Origin: a virus | DNA: 37,945 nt | Direction: 5' to 3' (one strand) | IMG/VR virus record: IMGVR_UViG_3300010262_000007 | Shown: positions 15,937 to 25,807 of the stretch, piece after piece | Layout: each line of letters begins with the position of its first letter | Position numbering within the stretch: position 1 is the stretch's first letter | The notes under the pieces: generated by a model | Told to the model about the DNA's origin: nothing | Database searches by the model: none | Seen by the model: the letters and a program-made list of their open reading frames with translations, nothing else | Made by a program: the position numbers and the translations under genes

Positions 15937-17184
15937 ATGACCGCCATCGACATCCTGATCAACGAGATGTTCGAGGTGGATCGCGTCCTGGTCATCGCGC
16001 CGAAGCGAGTGGCCGAGGATACCTGGACACGAGAGCACGCCAAGTGGGACCACCTCCGCCACCTTCGCGTCAGCAAGGTGCTGGGACCACCAGAGCAGCG
16101 GCGCCGGGCGCTGGTCACGGACGCCGACATCTACGTCATCGGCCGCGACAATGTGGTCTGGCTGGTGGATCTCTACCAGAAGCTGAAGACCGGCTGGCCC
16201 TTCGACATGATTGTGATCGACGAGCTCTCCAGCTTCAAAAACCCCCAGGCCAAACGCTTCCGGGCTCTCCGGAAGGTCATGCCGAAGGTGAGCAGGGTCG
16301 TCGGTCTGACCGGCACTCCTTCGGCCAACGGTCTCATGGACCTCTGGGCTGAGATCTACCTGCTGGACCGTGGCGAACGCCTGGGCCAGACGCTGGGCGC
16401 CTACCGCGAGAAATACTTCCGGCCGGGAGCCCGGAACGGTTACATCGTCTTCAAGTGGGAGCCCCTTCGGGGAGCCAGGGAGAAGATCGAGGCCGCCATC
16501 AGCGACATCTGCATCAGCATGAGCGCGGCCGACTATCTGAAGCTGCCGAAGCGGATCGACAACCGGATCCCGGTCAAGCTGAGCCCCCAGGAGATGAAGC
16601 AGTACAAGACCATGGAGGCCGAGCAGCTGCTTCACATCGACGACGAGGACGTGGTCGCCCTGAACGCGGCCGCCGTGATGACCAAGCTCCTACAGATTGC
16701 CAACGGCAGCGTCTACTCCCACGAGGGCAATGTCGTCCGGCTGCATAATGCAAAGCTGGAGGCGCTGCTGGAGATTATCGACACCACCGACAGCCCTGTC
16801 CTGGTATTTTACAGCTACAAGCACGACCTGGATGCTATCCGGGCAGCGATCCCCGAGGCCCGGACTTTGGACGGCCCGGAGGACATCGCAGAGTGGAACG
16901 CTGGCGAGGTCCAGGTGCTCCTGGCGCATCCGGCCAGTGTGGGCTACGGCCTCAATCTCCAGGAGGGCGGCCATGTGATCGTGTGGTACGGCCTCACCTG
17001 GAGCCTGGAACTCTACCAGCAGGCCAACGCCCGCCTCTATCGGCAGGGCCAGGAGAAGCCGGTGATCATCCACCACCTGATCGCAGAGGGCACCGTGGAC
17101 GAGCAGGTCATGGATGCCCTGGAGGCAAAGGACACCAGTCAGGCGGCCTTGATGGCAGCACTGAAAGAAAGGAGAAATAAATGA
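15937..17184 (+). CDS. SNF2-family helicase, main body (lacks its own Walker A as sequenced)
   Basis: VLVIAPKRVAEDTW, DEXH-like VIDELSSF, LTGTPSANG, and a helicase C-terminal domain with QANARLYRQGQ. Confidence 0.8.
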   Translation: MTAIDILINEMFEVDRVLVIAPKRVAEDTWTREHAKWDHLRHLRVSKVLGPPEQRRRALVTDADIYVIGRDNVVWLVDLYQKLKTGWPFDMIVIDELSSFKNPQAKRFRALRKVMPKVSRVVGLTGTPSANGLMDLWAEIYLLDRGERLGQTLGAYREKYFRPGARNGYIVFKWEPLRGAREKIEAAISDICISMSAADYLKLPKRIDNRIPVKLSPQEMKQYKTMEAEQLLHIDDEDVVALNAAAVMTKLLQIANGSVYSHEGNVVRLHNAKLEALLEIIDTTDSPVLVFYSYKHDLDAIRAAIPEARTLDGPEDIAEWNAGEVQVLLAHPASVGYGLNLQEGGHVIVWYGLTWSLELYQQANARLYRQGQEKPVIIHHLIAEGTVDEQVMDALEAKDTSQAALMAALKERRNK

Positions 17185-17387
17185 GCGACCCGAAGAGAAA
17201 CGCGGAGGGCTATCTCGATGTGACAGCCTATCTCGGCACCAAAAACGTCATACAAGAAGAAAACGAGGCCGAGCGAAAGAACAAGGACCTGATCCACACC
17301 TTCCGCCTTTTGGCTGACATGGCTGGCTTTGAAATAGTCGGCCGCATCACGATAAAACACAAAAAGACAGGGAGGATTTTCAGATGA
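17181..17387 (+). CDS. Hypothetical small protein
   Basis: 68-aa ORF, translationally coupled on both sides. Confidence 0.5.
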   Translation: MSDPKRNAEGYLDVTAYLGTKNVIQEENEAERKNKDLIHTFRLLADMAGFEIVGRITIKHKKTGRIFR

Positions 17388-17707
17388 TCGGATATTTAAG
17401 CGGTCCCATTACGGGCCATAAAGACTACCGGCGTCAGTTTGCGAAGGCTGCCGCCGCGCTGAAGGAGATGGGCTACAATGTCATTAACCCTGCGGCGATT
17501 GATGACGCCATTCCCGTCGAGTGCATGAGCTACGAGGAAATCATGCGGTTCGACCTGGAGCTCCCGTCCACTGCTGACTACCTGGTGCAGCTTCCCGGCT
17601 GGGAGCGATCCATCGGCGCCAGCCGCGAGCTGGGCTTCGCCCTGGGCGCCGACAAGATCATCGTCAGCCTGGAGCAGCTTCTCACGAAGGAGGTGATGCT
17701 GTCATGA
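17384..17707 (+). CDS. DUF4406 / nucleoside deoxyribosyltransferase-like protein
   Basis: Starts MIGYLSGPITGHKDYRRQF. Contains LPGWERSIGASRELGFA, a typical DUF4406 pattern. Confidence 0.65.
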   Translation: MIGYLSGPITGHKDYRRQFAKAAAALKEMGYNVINPAAIDDAIPVECMSYEEIMRFDLELPSTADYLVQLPGWERSIGASRELGFALGADKIIVSLEQLLTKEVMLS

Positions 17708-18120
17708 CTTTAGATGAGACCTATGACTTCCTGATGCAGATCCGCCGCAAGGAGATCATCATCAGACGGAAAGAGACCCAGCGGGACGAGCTGAGGGCCT
17801 GCCTGCTGCCTGGCGCCATCCGCTATGACCGCGACAGGGTCCAGAGCACTCCGACCGATAAGATGGCCGACGTCATCGTCAGAGTGGACGAGCTGGACCG
17901 AGAGATCGAGCAGCTCCGGCGTGAGAAGGCCTCCCTGGTCATCGAGATCAGCGACGCCATTGAGACGCTGAAGGACGACTACGAGAGAACCGTGCTGACC
18001 GAGTTCTACATAGCACGGGCGCCGATGACCGAGGTGGCTGACGCCATCAACTACAGCGTCCGCAGGGCGTATCATTTCAGGAAGAAGGGCGTCACCCATC
18101 TGGGGGAGGTTTTAGGATGA
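17704..18120 (+). CDS. Sigma-70 region-4-like late transcriptional activator (DUF1492/RinA-like)
   Basis: C-terminal HTH: ERTVLTEFYIARAPMTEVADAINYSVRRAYHFRKKG. Located upstream of the packaging module. Confidence 0.55.
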   Translation: MTLDETYDFLMQIRRKEIIIRRKETQRDELRACLLPGAIRYDRDRVQSTPTDKMADVIVRVDELDREIEQLRREKASLVIEISDAIETLKDDYERTVLTEFYIARAPMTEVADAINYSVRRAYHFRKKGVTHLGEVLG

Positions 18121-18868
18121 TCAAACTGTTAAAAGGCAACTGTCTCGACCTTCTGCGGCAGCTGGAGCCCGGCTGCGCGGATCTCGTTCTGATAGATCCG
18201 CCATATTCCAGCGGCGGCCTGTTTGCCGGCGACCGCAAACAGGACACTCGCGTCAAGTACACCGATGCCGACTTCAACGGCGCGGCACGCTTCCCCAGCT
18301 TCTCCGGTGACAACATGGACCAGCACAGCTTCATCCAGTTTATGACCCATGTCAGCATGGAGCTCAGAGAGTTGACCAAGGAAGGCGGCACCATCGCCGC
18401 CTTCATCGACTGGCGAAACCTTCCGGCCATGACGGACGCGATCCAGATGGCCGGCTGGGTATGGCGTGGGGTCATTGTCTGGGACAAGGGCATCAGCCGA
18501 AACATCCCCGGCCGCTTTCGTAACGACTGCGAGTACATCGTCTGGGGCACCAACGGCCGGAAAGAGGTGGACTGGAAGGCAGCCAAGGGCGCCAAGGCCA
18601 TGCCAGGCATCTACCACATCAACGGCGTCAACACCAAGCAGAAGCACCACCAGACGGAGAAGCCCGTGGAACTCCTGAAGGCCCTGATCCAGATCTGTCC
18701 AAGGGGGGGGGGGCCGTGGTGGACTGCTTCATGGGATCCGGCAGCACGGGCGTCGCTTGCGTCCAGGAGGGCCGGAACTTCATCGGCATCGAGCTGGGCG
18801 ACCAATACTTCGACACGGCCACCAAGCGCATCCAGGAGGCCGAGGACGAACTACTGAACGACTTTTAG
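18117..18868 (+). CDS. Beta-class N4/N6 DNA methyltransferase, frameshifted at a G11 tract
   Basis: Motif IV LIDPPYSSGG is in the ATG frame. Motif I VVDCFMGSGSTG and the rest (..GIELGDQYFDTATKRIQEAEDELLNDF, TAG at 18866..18868) are only in the other frame, from 18716. 9 or 12 G would restore the frame. Confidence 0.8.
18703..18713 (+). repeat. Homopolymeric G11 tract inside the methyltransferase gene
   Basis: Counted directly: aa-ggggggggggg-ccgtgg. Confidence 0.95.
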
Positions 18869-18923
18869 AAAGTCGGCGAACATTGCAAACCAGAACGTGT
18901 TATACTGGTAAAGTGGACGAATG

Positions 18924-18956
18924 AGAGCAGGACCGGAAGGGCCTGCTCTTTTCCGT
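18924..18956 (+). terminator. Rho-independent terminator after the early/methylase operon
   Basis: Stem AGAGCAGG / CCTGCTCT (18924..18931 / 18942..18949), followed by TTTTCCGTTT. Confidence 0.7.
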
Positions 18957-18989
18957 TTATCGAAACGATGAATAGGAGGCGGCGAGACC

Positions 18990-19691
18990 ATGCCAAAAGC
19001 AAGGAACTCGAAAGTGGACGAGGCCCTTGCATTGTATCGGCAGGGCCTTAAACTCATAGAAATCTCCCGGAAGCTGGACATCCCGGAGGGGACTGTCCGC
19101 CGATGGAAATGCACCTACAAATGGGACGCCCCCGAGGAAACCGAGCGCTCGCAACCTAAAAAACCGAACGCTCGCAAACGAGGAGGGCAGCCTGGTAACA
19201 AGAACGCCACCGGGCCACCCGGTAACAAGAACGCCGAGAAGTTCGGCTTCCTGTCCAAGTATCTCCCAGAGGAGACACTGGAACTGCTGCACCTGACAGC
19301 GGGCTCCTCCCCTCTGGATCTTCTCTGGACCCAGATCCAGCTGGCCTACGCTGCCATCATCCGGGCCCAGAAGATCGCCTACGTCAAAGACGCCGAAGAC
19401 AAGACCATCGAGAAGATCGAGGACCGCAGCGGCGCCGAGTCATGGGGCGAGAAATGGGAAGTCCAGCAGGCCTGGGACAAGCAGGCCAACTTTATGAAAG
19501 CACAGGCACGCGCTCAGAGTGAGCTCCGTGGTCTGATTAAGCAATACGACAAGATGCTGCACAAGGACTGGGACGCAGCCACAGAGGAGCAGAAAGCTCG
19601 CCTTCATCTGCTGAAGGCTAAGCTGAACGACGGCTCCGATGACGCCGGGAAGGTGGTGATCATCAATGACACGCACGACCCGCATCAGTGA
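18990..19691 (+). CDS. terS: Terminase small subunit
   Basis: N-terminal HTH (KLIEISRKLDIPEGTVRRWK) and GGQPGNKNATGPPGNKNAEKFG repeats typical of Firmicutes-phage TerS. Precedes TerL. Confidence 0.8.
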   Translation: MPKARNSKVDEALALYRQGLKLIEISRKLDIPEGTVRRWKCTYKWDAPEETERSQPKKPNARKRGGQPGNKNATGPPGNKNAEKFGFLSKYLPEETLELLHLTAGSSPLDLLWTQIQLAYAAIIRAQKIAYVKDAEDKTIEKIEDRSGAESWGEKWEVQQAWDKQANFMKAQARAQSELRGLIKQYDKMLHKDWDAATEEQKARLHLLKAKLNDGSDDAGKVVIINDTHDPHQ

Positions 19692-21021
19692 CCTGATCAT
19701 CCCGAAGTTCTGGCCGGCCTTCAATGATCGAGAGCACACGCACAAGATCCTGACCTCTGGGCGAGCCGGCACCAAGTCCTCAGAGGCTGCCATCGAGGTC
19801 GTGTATAAGATCGTCAGCGAGGAAGACTGCTCCGCCGTGGTCATCCGGAAGCGCCATAACAAGCTCCGGAAAACGGTCTACAAAGAAATCAAGCGAGCCA
19901 TCAAGCGCCTGGGGCTGCCGGAGAGCCTGTTCAAGATCACGGTCAGCCCCATGGAAATCACATACAAGCCAAACGGCAACACCATCTACTTCACCGGATC
20001 CGACAGCATTGACGACACCAAGGGCATCATCGACGAGAGCAAGCCCATCAAGATCGTGCTGCTGGATGAGGTCAGCGAGTTCTTCACAGACGGCGAAGGC
20101 GAGGACGAGCTCCAGAACATCGAGGCGACCTTCATCAGAGGCAACGCCGAAGGCTTCCAGATGCTCTACCTCTACAACCCGCCGAAGAACCCCAACGCCC
20201 CTGTGGTGGTCTGGTGCCGGAAGATGGAGAAGCGCCCGGACTGCATCCACGTCCATGTGGACTACCGGGACGTGCCTCCTGAGTGGCTGGGCGCCAAGCT
20301 GATCGAGGCGGCTGAGATCCTCCACGAAGTGGATGAGCGCCAGTGGAGATGGCTCTGGCTCGGTCTCAGCATCGGCGTGGACGAGCTTATTTACTACATG
20401 TTCGGCGATGCTGCCATCCAGCGCCCGAGCCGCGACCACTACCGGATCATCGGCATCGGCGTGGACTATGGCCAGCAGAACGCCACAACATACCAGGCGG
20501 CCGGCCTGAATGAGTACGAGCACAAGCTGGACGGCCTGGCGGAATACTACCACAGCGGCCGGGAGACCGGAACGCAGAAAAGCCCCAGCGAGTACGCCGG
20601 GGACTTCGTCAAGTTTTTGAGCCTGCTGCATGAAACCTACTCATGCAGCTATTTTTATACCTTCATCGACCCCTCGGCCCGTGGCCTGATGGAGGAGATC
20701 AAGCGGGCCACCAGGGGCATCGGTTACAACGTGTTGATCCGCGACGCCGAGAACGACGTGGCGCTGGGAATCTCCCGAGTGCAAAAGCTCCTGACCTTCA
20801 AGATGATGACCGTGTCGCCAGACCAGGAGAACGCCGTCCGGGAGTTCGGTCTCTATGAGTACGACAAGAAAAGCATCGAGAGGGGCCGCGAGGAGCCCGT
20901 GAAGCAGGACGACCATGGTATGGACGCCATCCGCTACCTGGTCATGGGAATGTGGTCGAAAATTAAGAACTACCTGCCCGTTAGGGACAAAGAGGAGGAG
21001 CCGGAAGGAGCCATAAAATGA
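19666..21021 (+). CDS. terL: Terminase large subunit (PBSX/Terminase_3-like)
   Basis: Walker A-like SGRAGTKSS, Walker B VLLDEVSEF, C-terminal nuclease DDHGMDAIRY. Confidence 0.9.
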   Translation: MTRTTRISDLIIPKFWPAFNDREHTHKILTSGRAGTKSSEAAIEVVYKIVSEEDCSAVVIRKRHNKLRKTVYKEIKRAIKRLGLPESLFKITVSPMEITYKPNGNTIYFTGSDSIDDTKGIIDESKPIKIVLLDEVSEFFTDGEGEDELQNIEATFIRGNAEGFQMLYLYNPPKNPNAPVVVWCRKMEKRPDCIHVHVDYRDVPPEWLGAKLIEAAEILHEVDERQWRWLWLGLSIGVDELIYYMFGDAAIQRPSRDHYRIIGIGVDYGQQNATTYQAAGLNEYEHKLDGLAEYYHSGRETGTQKSPSEYAGDFVKFLSLLHETYSCSYFYTFIDPSARGLMEEIKRATRGIGYNVLIRDAENDVALGISRVQKLLTFKMMTVSPDQENAVREFGLYEYDKKSIERGREEPVKQDDHGMDAIRYLVMGMWSKIKNYLPVRDKEEEPEGAIK

Positions 21022-22466
21022 ACATTTTCGAGTATTTCAAAAAGAAGGGCATCGACACCATCGACAGCTCCTTCTACAGCAAGATCGCCATGTGGGACAG
21101 CTGGTACAGGGCGAACGTCAAGCGCTTCCACCAGTACCGTGTCTACCACGGCACCGGGCAGTATGAGCGCTGCCATCGCAAGAGCCTGGGCATGGCGAAG
21201 AAGATCTGCGAGGACATCAGCGACCTGCTGCTGAACGAGCGCGTCACCATCACCATCAAGGACGAGACCACGGCCAAGTTCGTCCGCAGCGTTCTCGATG
21301 CTGCGAACTTCACCGTGCAGGGCAACGAGTACCAGGAGCGCAAGGCTGCCTGTGGCACCGTGGCCTATGTCCCGTATCTGACCAACATGGAAGTGGCCGA
21401 AGACGGCAGCGTCCTGAGTGCTGACATCAAGCTGGACTATGTGGTGGCCAAGAACATCTACCCCACAGCCTGGGAGAACTCCAGGATCACCGAGGTCATC
21501 TTCGCATTTCCGAAGACCTACAAGCGCAAGAAGTACGTCCAGCTCCAACACCATAAGCTGGAGCCCTGGCAGGACAAGGATGGCAACGATCTCGGCTATC
21601 AGTACGTCATCGAGAACAGCGTCGTGGAGTGTTCCTCCGGCGCTGGTCGAGATCTGACGCCTGCCGAGTGGAACGCGATCCCGTACTTCGAGGGCCTGGC
21701 TGCCAGAGTCGAGACCGGCTCCAATCAGCCCCAGTTCATCATCGACAAGCTGAACATCGCGAACAATGTGGACGAGGACGACACCAACCCGATGGGCGTG
21801 GCGCTTTTCGCCAACAGCATCGACGTCCTGGCCAAGATCGACCTGGAGTACGACAGCTACGCCAACGAGTTCACCCTCGGTCGCAAGCGCATTTTCGTGG
21901 CGCCTGAGTTGCTGACCGACGCCAACGGCTCCCAGGTATTCGATCCCGACGACAGTGTATTCTATACGCTGCCGGAGGACTACTTCAAGAACACCAAGGA
22001 GGCGCTGCACGAGGTCAATATGGAGCTGAGGACCGAGCAGCACGAGCAGGCCATCAACAACGATCTGAATCTGCTCTCCTTCAAGTGCGGCTTCGGCACC
22101 CAATACTACCGCTTCGAGCGTGGCACGGTCGCGACGGCCACCCAGGTCATCAGCGAAAACTCCGATATGTACCGCACGATCCGCAAGCATGAGATCATCC
22201 TCCAGGACGTTCTCACCGACCTGATCCACACGATCATCCGCCTGGGTAAGACTGCCAACGTGTCCGGCCTGGCGGAGAACACCGACATCGTGATCGACTT
22301 CGACGACTCCATCATCGAAGACAAGCAGACGGAAAGAGCCGAGGACCGCAAGGACGTCGCCATGGGCGCCATGGGCCTGCCGGAGTACCGCGCGAAATGG
22401 TACGGCGAGACGGAGGAAGTCGCAGCCAGTAAGCTGCCTGACCAGTCCGCCGGCGTTCTGATGTAA
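21018..22466 (+). CDS. Portal protein (SPP1 gp6-like)
   Basis: 482 aa directly after TerL with an ATGA overlap. N-terminus FYSKIAMWDSWYRANVKRFHQYRVY is typical of gp6-like portals. Confidence 0.85.
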   Translation: MNIFEYFKKKGIDTIDSSFYSKIAMWDSWYRANVKRFHQYRVYHGTGQYERCHRKSLGMAKKICEDISDLLLNERVTITIKDETTAKFVRSVLDAANFTVQGNEYQERKAACGTVAYVPYLTNMEVAEDGSVLSADIKLDYVVAKNIYPTAWENSRITEVIFAFPKTYKRKKYVQLQHHKLEPWQDKDGNDLGYQYVIENSVVECSSGAGRDLTPAEWNAIPYFEGLAARVETGSNQPQFIIDKLNIANNVDEDDTNPMGVALFANSIDVLAKIDLEYDSYANEFTLGRKRIFVAPELLTDANGSQVFDPDDSVFYTLPEDYFKNTKEALHEVNMELRTEQHEQAINNDLNLLSFKCGFGTQYYRFERGTVATATQVISENSDMYRTIRKHEIILQDVLTDLIHTIIRLGKTANVSGLAENTDIVIDFDDSIIEDKQTERAEDRKDVAMGAMGLPEYRAKWYGETEEVAASKLPDQSAGVLM

Positions 22467-23791
22467 TGGATCAGAGCTACCACGACCTACTGGCTGCCGG
22501 CGTCGAGAAGCGCTTCCGGGACCTGGAGATGGCGATCATGGACGACATCATCCGCCGGATCCGGAAGGCCGGCACAATAACCGACTCGGCCGACTGGCAG
22601 ATCCAGCGCCTCATCATCCTGGGCAACAGCACCCAGGCCATCGAGGACCTGATCCGGAAGGCCGTGGACGGAAACGAGGAGGAAGTCCGCCGGCTCTACG
22701 CTGAGGTCATCGAGCGGGAATATACCCGCGACCGCAGCCTCTACGAGCAGATCGGCAAGGAGTTCATCCCCTACGAGCAAAACCCCGAGCTCCAGCAGCT
22801 GACCGACGCCCTGGTGCATCAGTCCAGTGAGGAGCTCTACAACATCACCAGGAGCACCGGCTTCATGCTGGACAACGGCCACGGCGGGAAAGTCTTCACG
22901 CCCCTGGCTGACGTCTACAATGGCTACCTGGACGACGCCATCACCGGCATGACCAACGGCGCCTACGACTACAACACGCTGGTCCGCCGCATGGTCAGCC
23001 AGATGACAGCCTCCGGGCTCCGGACCGACCACCCCTTCAGCGATGGCGGCAGCGACTACGGCGTGGACTACGCCAGCGGCTGGCACAATCGCGTGGACGT
23101 AGCCGCCCGTCGTGCTCTGCTCACTGGCTTCGGCCAGCTCACCGGTCACGTTACGGATCTGAACGCCCAGAGGCTGGGGACTGACTACTTCGAGGTCACG
23201 TGGCACGCCGGAGCTCGTCCGGATCACGCTGCATGGCAGGGCAAGGTCTACACCAAGGAGCAGCTGACGACCAAGTGCGGCCTGGGCACCGGCCCGGGCC
23301 TGCTGGGCTGGAACTGCCGCCACACCTACTATCCCTTCATCCCCGGAGTGAGCGAGCGGCTCTACACCGACGAATGGCTGGAGGAGCAGAACGCCAGGGA
23401 AAACACTCCGCGCCGCTTCCGTGGCAAGGAGTACACCACCTACGAGGCCACCCAGAAGCAGAGGCAGATGGAAACAGCTATGCGGGCCCGGCGTGAGCAG
23501 GTGCAGCTCCTTCGTGCTGGAGGGGCTGACAAGGAAGACATCACCATCGCCCGGTGCAAGTACCAGGCCCAGCTGGAGCAGTACCGCAGCTTCTCGAAGG
23601 CGATGGGCCTGGAGGAGCAGACGGAGCGCATCTACACGGGACGCACCCCGGGCAGGATTTCACCGAGCCCGCAGGTCTACGCGCAATGGCAGGCCGAGCA
23701 GGCAGCCAAAGCGGCCAACCGTGCGAAAGAACGCGCCGAGAAGCAACGCAGAGCGGCCCAGGACGCAGCTCAGAAGGGAGCAAGCACATGA
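22466..23791 (+). CDS. Head morphogenesis protein (SPP1 gp7 / Mu F-like minor capsid protein)
   Basis: Follows the portal. Contains ...GLLGWNCRHTYYPFIPGVSE (the conserved NCRH block of the family). Confidence 0.8.
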   Translation: MDQSYHDLLAAGVEKRFRDLEMAIMDDIIRRIRKAGTITDSADWQIQRLIILGNSTQAIEDLIRKAVDGNEEEVRRLYAEVIEREYTRDRSLYEQIGKEFIPYEQNPELQQLTDALVHQSSEELYNITRSTGFMLDNGHGGKVFTPLADVYNGYLDDAITGMTNGAYDYNTLVRRMVSQMTASGLRTDHPFSDGGSDYGVDYASGWHNRVDVAARRALLTGFGQLTGHVTDLNAQRLGTDYFEVTWHAGARPDHAAWQGKVYTKEQLTTKCGLGTGPGLLGWNCRHTYYPFIPGVSERLYTDEWLEEQNARENTPRRFRGKEYTTYEATQKQRQMETAMRARREQVQLLRAGGADKEDITIARCKYQAQLEQYRSFSKAMGLEEQTERIYTGRTPGRISPSPQVYAQWQAEQAAKAANRAKERAEKQRRAAQDAAQKGAST

Positions 23792-24081
23792 TCCGAATAA
23801 ACGTCAAGGACACCGGGATCACCGTCTCAGGGCACGCACAGCGGCTCCCTGGGGCGTCTCCCGGGCACAACATTATTTGCGCCGGCGTCTCGGCGCTGAC
23901 CCTTACACTGATCGAGGGGCTGCGCGAGGTGGCGGGCATCGAGATCCAGGAGAGCGTCAGACCGGGCAGCACTATCATCAGCTGGCCGGATCTGAATGAG
24001 ATCGGCCGGGCGCTGGTTCGCACTTATGTCCTGGGCCTGGAAGGCATCCGGGACAGCTATGGAGAAATAACGATAATTTGA
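23788..24081 (+). CDS. prp: Prp-type cysteine protease (ribosomal-processing protease homologue, DUF464)
   Basis: 97 aa. The SGHAQ...NIICAGVSALTLTL pattern carries the His/Cys dyad. ATGA overlap with the upstream gene. Confidence 0.8.
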   Translation: MIRINVKDTGITVSGHAQRLPGASPGHNIICAGVSALTLTLIEGLREVAGIEIQESVRPGSTIISWPDLNEIGRALVRTYVLGLEGIRDSYGEITII

Positions 24082-24172
24082 GCGCCGCGAGACGCTTTTA
24101 TTATGAGCAGACGCCGGGCTCTGAGCCGGCGGGAATGTTCACGACACATTACAAAAACGGAGGAATGACCCA

Positions 24173-24793
24173 ATGAAAAAGTATTTTAACCTTCAGCTCT
24201 TTGACAACGGCGGCGAGGGCGGCTCTGGCGGAGGCCAGGGTGGAAACGCTGGGGACGGCAACGGCAGCCAGGGAAATGCCGGGAATAATGGAGGCACCGG
24301 AGGCTACAGCTTCCAGCAGGCCGAGGAGATCGCCCAGGCTCGTGCAGAACGCGCCGAGAAGGCCGCTCTCAGCTCCTACTTCAAGCAGCAGGGCATGAGC
24401 GAGGAGGAAATCAACCAGGCGATCAAGGACTTCAAGGCCAACCGAGAGAAGCAGCGCCCCAATGTGGACGCCATCACGAGAGAGCGCGATGACGCGCTCG
24501 CAGAACTGGCTCAGATAAAGAACAGCCAGACTCTCGCCCAGAAGGGCGTCCGCGCCGAGGACACTGACTACGTCATGTTCAAGATCGCGGCCCTGATGAA
24601 AGAGGACAGCAAGCTCGACTTCGAGAAGGCCGCCACCAAGTTCCTGAAAGAAAACCCCCGCTTTGCTACCAGCGGCAGCGGGTCATACCGCGTGAAGACC
24701 GGCACGGAAAGTTCCGGTGTGGGCAGCTCTGGAAACCAGAACAGCAACGACTTCATCAACGCCGCCATCCGCAGAAAAGCGGGCCGCAACTAA
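24173..24793 (+). CDS. Scaffolding protein with Prp-cleavable leader
   Basis: Leader MKKYFNLQLF, a Gly/Asn-rich linker, then helical EEIAQARAERAEKAALSSYFKQQG. Located before the capsid gene. Confidence 0.75.
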   Translation: MKKYFNLQLFDNGGEGGSGGGQGGNAGDGNGSQGNAGNNGGTGGYSFQQAEEIAQARAERAEKAALSSYFKQQGMSEEEINQAIKDFKANREKQRPNVDAITRERDDALAELAQIKNSQTLAQKGVRAEDTDYVMFKIAALMKEDSKLDFEKAATKFLKENPRFATSGSGSYRVKTGTESSGVGSSGNQNSNDFINAAIRRKAGRN

Positions 24794-24816
24794 CAAAATT
24801 ATGGAGGAATAACCAC

Positions 24817-25788
24817 ATGAAAAAGTATTTTAATCTTCAGCTTTTTGAGATCGACGCCCAGATCATTGACAGATCTGGCGCCGAGTCTCTGATCCCCGAG
24901 GACCGTGCTGCGGAAATCATCCAGGGCGCCATCGCTCAGTCCGCTGTCCTCTCCATGGGCCGCCGTCTGGCCAATATGACTGCAGCCCAGACCCGTCTCC
25001 CTGTTCTGGATGCTCTGCCTATCGCCTACTTCGTGAACGGCGACACCGGTCAGAAGAAGACCACCAGACAGGCATGGGACAAGAAGACCATCATCGCCGA
25101 GGAGATCGCGGTCATCGTTCCCATCCCCGAGGCAGTTCTGGACGACGCTGACTACGACATCTGGGGCGAGGTCCGTCCTCGTATCCAGGAGGCTTTTGGC
25201 CAGGTCATCGACGCCGCCATCCTGTTCGGCACTGACAAGCCTGCAACCTGGCGTGAGGGTCTGGTGCCTTCCGCTACTACTGCCGGCGCGGTGAAGCAGA
25301 TCTCTGCTGATCTTTACACTGACCTGCTCGGCGAGGGCGGCATCATCTCCAAGGTGGAGGAGTCCGGCTACTTCGTGTCCGGCCATGTGGCCGACATCGG
25401 TATGCGTGCTAAGCTGCGCGGCCTGAAGGATGGCAACGAGCGTCCTCTGTTCCTGAACTCCATGCAGCAGGCTGGCAACTATACCCTGGACGGCTCCGCC
25501 ATCCAGTTCCCTCGCAATGGCGCCTTCGACAAGACCAAGGCCCACATGATCTCCGGCGACTTCTCTCAGCTGGTGTACTCCATCCGCCAGGACATCACCT
25601 TCAAGCTGTTCACTGAGGGCGTCGTACAGAACACTGACGGCACCATCGCCTACAACCTGATGCAGAACGACATGGTGGCCCTTCGCGCTGTCATGCGTCT
25701 GGGCTGGGAGATCCCGAACCCTGTCAACGCCATGGCCAAGGAAAAGGCGAAGCGCTTCCCGTTCGCTGTGCTGACCCCTGCCGGCTAA
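24817..25788 (+). CDS. Major capsid protein with Prp-cleavable leader
   Basis: 323 aa. Leader MKKYFNLQLFE. Position after the scaffold gene, strong RBS GGAGGAA. Confidence 0.8.
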   Translation: MKKYFNLQLFEIDAQIIDRSGAESLIPEDRAAEIIQGAIAQSAVLSMGRRLANMTAAQTRLPVLDALPIAYFVNGDTGQKKTTRQAWDKKTIIAEEIAVIVPIPEAVLDDADYDIWGEVRPRIQEAFGQVIDAAILFGTDKPATWREGLVPSATTAGAVKQISADLYTDLLGEGGIISKVEESGYFVSGHVADIGMRAKLRGLKDGNERPLFLNSMQQAGNYTLDGSAIQFPRNGAFDKTKAHMISGDFSQLVYSIRQDITFKLFTEGVVQNTDGTIAYNLMQNDMVALRAVMRLGWEIPNPVNAMAKEKAKRFPFAVLTPAG

Positions 25789-25807
25789 GTAAAGGAGGTG
25801 CAGCCTG

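Noticed and set aside
24173-24205. Near-identical ~30-nt segments at 24173, 24817 and 27444 considered as recombination or mobile-element ends.
   Set aside because: Each starts exactly at an ATG after a strong RBS and encodes the same MKK(YF/I)NLQLF leader. This is conserved coding sequence, not element termini.
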